A stretch of 62,963 bases of DNA, counting the filler, from Octopus bimaculoides (Eukaryota): assembly GCF_001194135.2 (NCBI RefSeq). It is 7 parts of 7 records of this genome, joined end to end, with 100 filler letters (N's around TTAATTAATTAA, not from the genome) between each part and the next. Parts side by side here need not be neighbours in the genome. Positions count along the whole stretch, not along the records: positions 49,876 to 55,606 come from NC_068982.1; positions 55,707 to 59,700 come from NC_068997.1; positions 59,801 to 62,963 come from NC_069001.1; 4 more parts are not named here. One strand, 5' to 3'. The position numbers and the translations under genes were made by a program. The notes under the pieces were generated by a model. It had not been told where the DNA came from. It saw only the letters and a list, made by a program, of their open reading frames with translations, and ran no database searches. This document shows positions 50,693 to 62,963 of this stretch, in pieces; within the stretch, counting starts at the first letter, position 1, and the number at the start of each line of letters is the position of its first letter.

Positions 50693-52838
50693 GGAGTAAG
50701 CACATGAAATGTGCAACAAGGTGGAAAAAAGAGTACTCAAATACCAGAGGTAGAGTAATATGCTTTATTTAAAAGCAGCAGAAATATAACAAAAAAACCG
50801 TTACTCTGAGTAACGGTTTTTTTGTTATATTTCTGCTGCTTTTNNNNNNNNNNNNNNNNNNNNNNNNNNNNNNNNNNNNNNNNNNNNNNNNNNNNNNNNN
50901 NNNNNNNNNNNNNNNNNNNNNNNNNNNNNNNNNNNNNNNNNNNNNNNNNNNNNNNNNNNNNNNNNNNNNNNNNNNNNNNNNNNNNNNNNNNNNNNNNNNN
51001 NNNNNNNNNNNNNNNNNNNNNNNNNNNNNNNNNNNNNNNNNNNNNNNNNNNNNNNNNNNNNNNNNNNNNNNNNNNNNNNNNNNNNNNNNNNNNNNNNNNN
51101 NNNNNNNNNNNNNNNNNNNNNNNNNNNNNNNNNNNNNNNNNNNNNNNNNNNNNNNNNNNNNNNNNNNNNNNNNNNNNNNNNNNNNNNNNNNNNNNNNNNN
51201 NNNNNNNNNNNNNNNNNNNNNNNNNNNNNNNNNNNNNNNNNNNNNNNNNNNNNNNNNNNNNNNNNNNNNNNNNNNNNNNNNNNNNNNNNNNNNNNNNNNN
51301 NNNNNNNNNNNNNNNNNNNNNNNNNNNNNNNNNNNNNNNNNNNNNNNNNNNNNNNNNNNNNNNNNNNNNNNNNNNNNNNNNNNNNNNNNNNNNNNNNNNN
51401 NNNNNNNNNNNNNNNNNNNNNNNNNNNNNNNNNNNNNNNNNNNNNNNNNNNNNNNNNNNNNNNNNNNNNNNNNNNNNNNNNNNNNNNNNNNNNNNNNNNN
51501 NNNNNNNNNNNNNNNNNNNNNNNNNNNNNNNNNNNNNNNNNNNNNNNNNNNNNNNNNNNNNNNNNNNNNNNNNNNNNNNNNNNNNNNNNNNNNNNNNNNN
51601 NNNNNNNNNNNNNNNNNNNNNNNNNNNNNNNNNNNNNNNNNNNNNNNNNNNNNNNNNNNNNNNNNNNNNNNNNNNNNNNNNNNNAATGGGAGGCATCTTT
51701 ACATGAAAAAAAAGAAAAAATTTGAATTTTTTTTACCAACCCAGTCTGAAACGATTTTGGCCATTTTTTTTTCTCTATACACTTAAAACCCATGAGAGAA
51801 ACATTTTTGGTTTTAAAAAAATTGTTAATAGTTTCAGAGGAAAATGTGTGATTTAAATGAGATCTGGCTGTTGTTTCTAGCACACCCCAAAACCTCCTTC
51901 CTCACACATTTATTTATACTTTTCAATATTTTTCTCCAAATTTTATGGAATGATGATGTCAAAGTAACACAAGTGTAGTCCCAACTGAGCAAGGCCATGT
52001 TATGTGCGTGTGTAAGAAAAAAAAATACCAAAAAACATCTTTAGTGTTCATATTAACCTGTCAAATATAATGCTTATTTGTTCACTTTATTTTGAATTAT
52101 TCAGGTTCAATAGGAGTGTCCACAATATTTGCTTGTAACTTTGTAAATCTTTCACATACAAATTTGAAATTTTGTCACTAGTTATGTAATTTATCTGATT
52201 TTGTTGAGTAAATTTGACTTTTATGGGCAGGAAAATTTAATTAACAGGTGTAAAAGCAATAAAATCATGGATAAACACTAAAATTGAAATTCTTAATACA
52301 TCTTACCTATTTGATTTGTTACTAAAATTATCCCAGGCAGTACCCAACAAAAATTTTGCCACTTTTCAAGATGAGGTACATTAATTTGAATTAATTAAAA
52401 TACAGGTATGATTGATACAAGATTTTATTCATTCAGTAAATATTTCGTACTTTGGCGTGGAATAATTTTTTCCACAGATTTTTCAGGTGCATTCAATGTA
52501 TCTGACCTCTATACCTGCTGCAAGCCACTTTTTCTCCAGAAAAGAAATGTGGGAGGGGTGGTGGGGACTGTTCTCTCTTGACAGGACAAAGAAATTTTCT
52601 GCCATCTTTGCAAGCAACAAGTGGGTGGATTTGGTTTCAAATTCAGGCAGGACCAAATGAGGTCCTACAAGTTATTTATAATAAGTGGCGTTATATAGGG
52701 GTTGAAAGAACGATGTGTACAATATTAAATATGCTATGACAATCTGAAAACAATTGAAATTTTTAAATGGTTACCAGTTTTTATGTAATTTTGGAGTTAA
52801 CAGACTTGAGTTAATGAAAGCTAAATGTNNNNNNNNNN

Positions 52839-52880
<42 letters not shown>

Positions 52881-54658
52881 GTTTCTTTCAGTTTCCATCT
52901 ACCAAATCCACTCACAAAGCTATAGTAGAAGACACTTGTCCAAAGTGTCCCGCAGTGGGATTGATCCCAGAACCATGTGGTTGGGAAGCAAGCTTCTTAC
53001 CATACAGCCATGCCATAGTTCAAATTTACAGAAAACTAGACAAAAGCAGGTGAAGAACAACAAGCAGGTGTATTAGTTTAATGCTCAGGAAGAATGGAAA
53101 AGTTTTTGACGTTTCAAGCCTATGCTCTTCAAGAGAGAGAACAGGGGGTGGGGTGAAATAAAGAGAGAAAAAATGTGTAGGGATTAACAATATATATGCA
53201 TATGTGTGTGTGGGGTGGTGGTGGTGCATATATGCATGTATAACAATAGACAGGTGATAAGCATGTAGTCAGAGATAAAGAAGGAAGTTTGTTTTTTAAT
53301 TGTTTTCATTTTTACTCTTTTTTTTTTCACTTTACTATATTGATTGTGACATTTTCCCCAGTGATAACATTTAATGATGTTTTTAATCTTACAGATAATA
53401 CTTGTTATGTACAACAGATGATATGAAAATAATAGTGACAGCAGCAGTATTAATACCAAAAGGTAACCTTGATCTCTAGCTTAACATGAAGTTTGTGCTA
53501 GAACACACAATACTGCATTATTTACCTCAAGAATATCTCTCATGAAAATTTATAGTGCTGACTCAATGACTTCAGATAAAGGTAACAACCTGCAGCAGCT
53601 GTATTTCATTTCTTTTATCACCAGTTGAAAGTAATAACTTTGTCAATACAAACAATTAATCATCACAACTATTGACCATAGTAATCTATATATATAAAAA
53701 TGAGAATGTGTGTGTCTGTCTGAATCCCTAAAACTCGAGAACTACGCAACCAATTTCATTCANNNNNNNNNNNNNNNNNNNNNNNNNNNNNNNNNNNNNN
53801 NNNNNNNNNNNNNNNNNNNNNNNNNNNNNNNNNNNNNNNNNNNNNNNNNNNNNNNNNNNNNNTAGTTCGCGTGTTTGCTCGGCGATAGCCAAGGAAGAAA
53901 AGGATTAAAAACGGAACACAATTGTAATGGACGACAATGAAAACATACAGACAGAAGGACGATACAACGATACAAAGACGGACAGGGAAAACAAGGATAG
54001 AACATTCTTGGATTTCTATTCTTCAGTCAAGCTTTCAATCATCATTACATGTTCGGCCTGTTACAATTGAGACTGTTCAAAATTGGTAGACCCCAAAAAT
54101 CTAAGCTAAGGGCATTAGATTCTTGTAAGAAAGCGAGCGAATATGTGCGACAACACGGGCAAAAAAAAAAAAAATGAGAAAACGGAGAAAATGTTACACG
54201 ATTACAAACAACAATAATAACAACAGGTGTCTTTCGACTAATAAGGACAAGTTAAGTTAAGCTGGCGTGTGAAGTGGAAGCCTTGTGTCAACAAACATAA
54301 ATGAGTCAGGTGACAGGAAAATAAGGTGCTGCGCGAGCGGCGGTCAGGCCAAGAAAGAAAGATCATGCTTAGCCGAGCACTTTTCCTGAAATAATCCACA
54401 CTCTATATCAACTTTCCTCCTTTTTGACAATGATATTTTGGGTAAGATAAAACAGAACGAAATGTTGACCTAAAAAAACAACAGAAAACAAGTTGCTAGT
54501 TATTGTATTAATTTCAAATATATATATATTGCAATACAATATTTAAACAAATCACAAATAATTTAAAGGAGTTTTTCTATTAGAAATTGAATCATTGACA
54601 CTATCATCAGTCATACTCAAACAATCAACATTCACCAGTGTTAGAATTTCAATCACTA

Positions 54659-55606
54659 GAATGGCTTCAAGATGTAGCATCTGTCGTGGATGTTACAGAG
54701 CACTCGAATAATCTGAACAAAATGCTGCAAGGCCGTAAATAAGTTGTCACACAATATTTTGAAAGCTTACGCGAGTTCAAGTTGAAGCTAATTTTGTGCG
54801 AGACACAGCTATCAAGTGGTGACCCTGCTCATTTTCCTTGTCTAAAAGATGTGGTTGCGACCACAGATAATGTTGACATGAATCGGTACAAAGACAATAT
54901 TACAGGATTGCTGCAAGAGTTTGAGCAACGGTTTCAGATTTTTTTATGAACTTGAGACAGATTTCACAGTTTTTCACTCGCCATTTACAATCAACACCTC
55001 TGATCTACTCATCAACAACCAACTTGAAATGATTGACTTGCAGTGTGATTTAGATTTGAAGAATAAATTTACCTCGGTGGGCTTGGACACATTTTATCAG
55101 TATCTCTTACCAAAGTACCCCAAATGAACAGTCCTTGCTGCGAAAGTTTTGTGCATATTCGGGACTACCTACCTTTGTGAACAAGTTTTTTTCTGTAATG
55201 ACCGTCAATAAAGCAAAGCTGCGCTCAAGGCTCACACACAAGCACCTAAATGACATCCTGAAATTGGCTGCTACTCATGATTTGACACCTCATATTGATG
55301 CGCTTGTGTAAGGAAAAAAGGTGCCAAGTTTCAGGAACATATTGAAAATAAATGATAAAAAATAATAAAATTTTTTTAATGTTTTCAAAGTGTTTCTTTT
55401 TTAATATTTATAAATTGTATATATTTACAAGGCAGTGTGATAACTTAGTCTTCTTTAACAGTTCCCACTTTCACTTGTTCAATGTTTTGCAAAATAAAAT
55501 TGCTCTTTAAATATGAACATCTTCAGAATGTACTATTTTACACTAAAACAATGGGAAAATTTTGAAACTGCTATTCATAGGCTTTTATACCATGATTTTA
55601 CTGGTC
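54659..55606 (+). mobile_element. hAT (Charlie/SPIN, GTF2IRD2-like) transposase 3' pseudogene plus subterminal region
   Basis: WLQDVA..VDVTEHSNNLNKMLQG..QLEMIDLQCD..FGTTYLCEQVFSVM..NKAKLRSRLTHKHLNDILKLA, with stops and frameshifts. The end is lost in the gap at 55607. Confidence 0.85.
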
Positions 55607-55992
55607 NNNNNNNNNNNNNNNNNNNNNNNNNNNNNNNNNNNNNNNNNNNNTTAATTAATTAANNNNNNNNNNNNNNNNNNNNNNNNNNNNNNNNNNNNNN
55701 NNNNNNCACAAACATACATACATACATGCTTACATGCATATACATACACACATATATATGAATGTGCTGTGCGACAATTTGATTCACATCTGAAGAACCG
55801 GCGTTGGCGTGTTAACATTCTCATCTAGTGCCCTACAATGAGAGTCCAAGAGAAAATAATAGGTATTTAGTGTTATTTTATCAAATAAAACTTAATGGAG
55901 GTCTCCTCCCAACATAGAAGCTTGATAGTGATTGCGAAAGAAAATGAATGACAATGTAACATAATACACACCTGTAACTGTCTTTCCAAGTG

Positions 55993-59700
<3,708 letters not shown>

Positions 59701-59879
59701 NNNNNNNNNNNNNNNNNNNNNNNNNNNNNNNNNNNNNNNNNNNNTTAATTAATTAANNNNNNNNNNNNNNNNNNNNNNNNNNNNNNNNNNNNNNNNNNNN
59801 TTGAAGGTCAACTCAGTTGCCAAACCTCCTGCTCCAGCATGGCTCAAAAGCTACATCGGTTGTAATATTTTGGAAGTGG

Positions 59880-60385
59880 CAGTAGGTGGTGGTGGTGGTG
59901 GTGGTAGAGAGAGGGGGGAGCATATTGTACGTATTGAATGCAACAGTTGTTGGTTGCTATTGATGGTTGTAGTTGTGGTTGCTGTTGTTGTTGTTCTTCT
60001 TCTGTTCATCTTCGCGATTTTTGCTTTTCTCGTTTGTGACGACGACGATTAGGATGACGACAGTGGTGGTGACGATGATGAAGATGACGGCGACGACCTC
60101 AATGATGATGATGAGGAGGAGGAGGGAGAAGGAAGGGGAGGAGGAGAGGAGGAGGAGGAGAGGAGGAGGAGGAGAGGACGACGACGACTATAATGATGAC
60201 GATGATGATGTCGACGACAACGATGAGGATGATGACGAAGAGGATAACGATGAGGATGATGACGAGGAGGATAACGATAACGAGGATGAAGATGAAGTTG
60301 ATGTGGACGACGATGATGATGATAATGAAGAGGAGGACGATAAAAACACTGATCAAGATTATATCGACGACGATGATGCCGATAA
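59880..60385. repeat. Degenerate GAT/GAC/GAG/GTT trinucleotide tract
   Basis: Direct reading; no splice or start context supports the acidic ORF. Confidence 0.8.
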
Positions 60386-60499
60386 TGGTGAGATTTCCAT
60401 TTAATTTTGTAGGGGGTTTAATCTTCGCATTTCATTCTCTGGTGATGCGTGACGTTGGTTGGAATTATCAAGACTCTGTAATTCCACCACCACCCCTTA

Positions 60500-60610
60500 C
60501 TTTTCTGCAGGTCGACAAAGCAAGTTTCAATTCCAACCTCTTTCAGTGTCTTAGGTAGCATTTTGTGTGTTGAGCCAAGTGCAACCAGGTTTTGCGTTGT
60601 TAGAGCTAAG
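60500..60610 (-). mobile_element. Short degenerate RLE-LINE C-terminal remnant
   Basis: VALGSTHKMLPKTLKEVGIETCFVDLQK resembles the GALGTIPKGL..EIGI..VQLQ stretch at 28370-28450. Confidence 0.4.
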
Positions 60611-60966
60611 GCCCGTGCTCTTGGACACGAAGGGACGAACGCCGTTCAGTGGGTCCGAGAGGCAGAGGCCATGGTGGGAGAGATTGTATGGTGAACGAGA
60701 CTAAAGAGGCTGAAGACAAGCCCTTTTCTCTTTGGCCAATCCCTGATCAACTTCTCCAAGTGATGAAAATAAGGGTAGAGAGGGAAGTGTTGCCTTCTGG
60801 TCAGTTTCCTGAAAGGTGGATGAAATTGCTACTTAATTTATCGATTTCGAAAGGATGAAAAGCAAAATCGACCTAGGTGGAATTTGAACTCAGAACATAA
60901 AGACGGACAAAATACTGCCAAGTATTTTGTTCAGCACGTTAACAACTCTACCACCACGCCGCCTAC

Positions 60967-60997
<31 letters not shown>

Positions 60998-61020
60998 TGA
61001 TAATAATAATAATAATAATA

Positions 61021-61240
61021 ATCCTTTCGACTATAGGAACAAGACCTGAAACAAGGAACAAGGCAGGGGGCCAGTCGATTAGACTGACCCCAGTACGCAA
61101 CTAGTACTTCACTTATCGATCCCGAAAGGATGAAAGGCAAAGTCGACCTCGGTGAAATTTGAGCTCAGAACGTAAAGACGGACGAAATACCGCTTAGCAT
61201 TTCGACCGGCATGCTAACGATTCTGCCAGCTCACTGCCTT
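61021..61240 (-). mobile_element. SINE family 2 flanked by (AAT)n tracts; an adjacent older copy lies at 60810-60965
   Basis: The reverse complement matches 37438-37650. Confidence 0.85.
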
Positions 61241-61277
61241 AACAATAACAACAACAACAATAATAATAATAATAATG

Positions 61278-61310
<33 letters not shown>

Positions 61311-61433
61311 GAAACAAACCAAATGAGCATGCTTGTTAGTTACATCATCAAACGGAACTATTTTACAAATTTTTACTGTTAGAAATACTGTTGAACCGTC
61401 CACCCCCTTCCACATCCCATTTATACCCCCCTC

Positions 61434-61464
<31 letters not shown>

Positions 61465-62963
61465 ACACGTAGANNNNNNNNNNACACACACACACACACA
61501 GACACACACGTAGAAATTCCAAGCTGTTTCTTTTCTCAATGCCAAACTCGTTATTCGGAACAGATTCCTCGGATTCACATACGTGTTATATCTCTGCATG
61601 TTGGGAATTACGACGAAAATGATATTATTATTATTATTATTTTATCATTATTTAAAAAAATATTTTTTATCATTTCATTATTATATGTAAACCCCCACAC
61701 TTTATGTCTATCTCTGTATTGTAGCCCTCATCCTTCACCCTTGTGGCAAATAAATAAAATCATCATTATTATTACTCAGGTTACGGTGCATCCACACTAC
61801 TTGCAATGGCAGCTGTATTAGTACCATCAATATTGTCATTACCAATACCACTACTACTATTAATACATATACTACAGGCACCACCAACATAAAATCTCAG
61901 AGCAACTTAATCCACACACACACACGCTAACAGTCAGAAGACCGTCTCCGACACGAACAAGAAAGAAATTGTTAACTAGGCAACTAAACAAATTAATGGA
62001 TCTCTTATAAACATCACTTACGAACAGAATATCACGACACAAAATAAATCATCCAAACAACACAAAGTACATTTGAAAAAAATATAAATATTCGGATGGA
62101 ATAGATTTCCGGAGGAATATTAATAAAACACAATACGAAATCTTGTTCTGAACCCGCACGGACAGAACCCGCACGGACAGAACCCGCGTCTTTCCATAAG
62201 AATTAGGTAGAAGGTCCTTTTCACTTCCTTTCTGTTTTATTCAGAATAAATTTCACATACACTAAATTTCAGACCGTGTACCTGTAGTAGAGAGAATTAT
62301 TATTGCTACTTTTTTTTTTGTTGTTGTTGCTTATAAAGGTGGTAATCTGACAGAATCCTTAGATCGTCGACCACAATGCCTTGCGAAATTACTTTCGGTG
62401 TTCTATATTCTCAGAGTTCAAATCCCGCCGAGGTCAACTTTATCTTTTATCCCCCATCTTTTACCCCCGAGGTCGATAAAATGAAATACCATTTCAGTAA
62501 TACAGTTGATGTAATCGACTAAAACACCTCTCCATAAAAAATGCTGGCCTCACATTTAAATTAGAAACAAACATTTTAAATAGATGTTGCAGCGAAAGGG
62601 TGCTTATGTCAGGAGCACCATAGAAAAGTGGATTTTTTACGGGATTACCTTATGAAAATACAGATGTTTTTGTTAGTTTGTTTCAGTTTTACTAACAGAA
62701 GGCTTTATCTGAGGGTCTACCCCCATCACCGGGCAAAGATGAAATATTCGTCTTTAGACATTCTTAACTGTTTACATAGGTTTGGCAAATTTCCATATGC
62801 AATATTTACAGCGTTGCAAAATGGCTGCCTCGGAATAAGCAGAGGTGCACGTCACAGAGAGATGATGGCAGCAGCGTCGATAGCGTAAATAAGCACGTCC
62901 ACGAATTATTTTCAAACGAAGGAAAATAAAACTGAACTGTCTTCTTTTTTTTTTTTTTTTTTT

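Noticed and set aside
53690-54400. Helitron/Helentron-like start and a CpG-rich repeat
   Set aside because: It is a single copy split by a gap, so the ends cannot be defined.
59973-60404. Nucleolin-like acidic Asp/Glu ORF
   Set aside because: It is a degenerate GAT/GAC/GAG tract with several frames open and no supporting exon boundaries.
62150-62187. 15-bp tandem repeat gaacccgcacggaca x2.5
   Set aside because: It is too short and is consistent with simple slippage.

Overview
Repeat-rich, AT-rich animal genomic scaffold with many N gaps. Six of the gaps are 100-bp N44-TTAATTAATTAA-N44 join placeholders. The SINE and microsatellite content looks cephalopod (Octopus-like), but that is an inference. 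The one confidently identified gene is an intact, intron-containing PDX2/pdxT/SNO1 (glutaminase subunit of PLP synthase, de novo vitamin B6 synthesis): join(26673..27020,30651..30989), 228 aa, with the Cys-His-Glu triad present. This is notable because most studied animals lack this pathway. No PDX1 partner is visible in the window. A second, unidentified multi-exon gene runs on the minus strand (best exon 39874..40244, Ser/Asp-rich, with an LPxY motif). Further unresolved exon-like segments lie at 21.6-24.3 kb. The remainder is decayed mobile DNA: R4/Dong-like restriction-endonuclease LINE fragments abutting (TAA)n tracts, mariner and hAT fossils, MITEs, three tRNA-headed SINE families, Penelope-type tails carrying hammerhead-like motifs, and many microsatellites. 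All translations and alignments were done by eye; no database searches were run.
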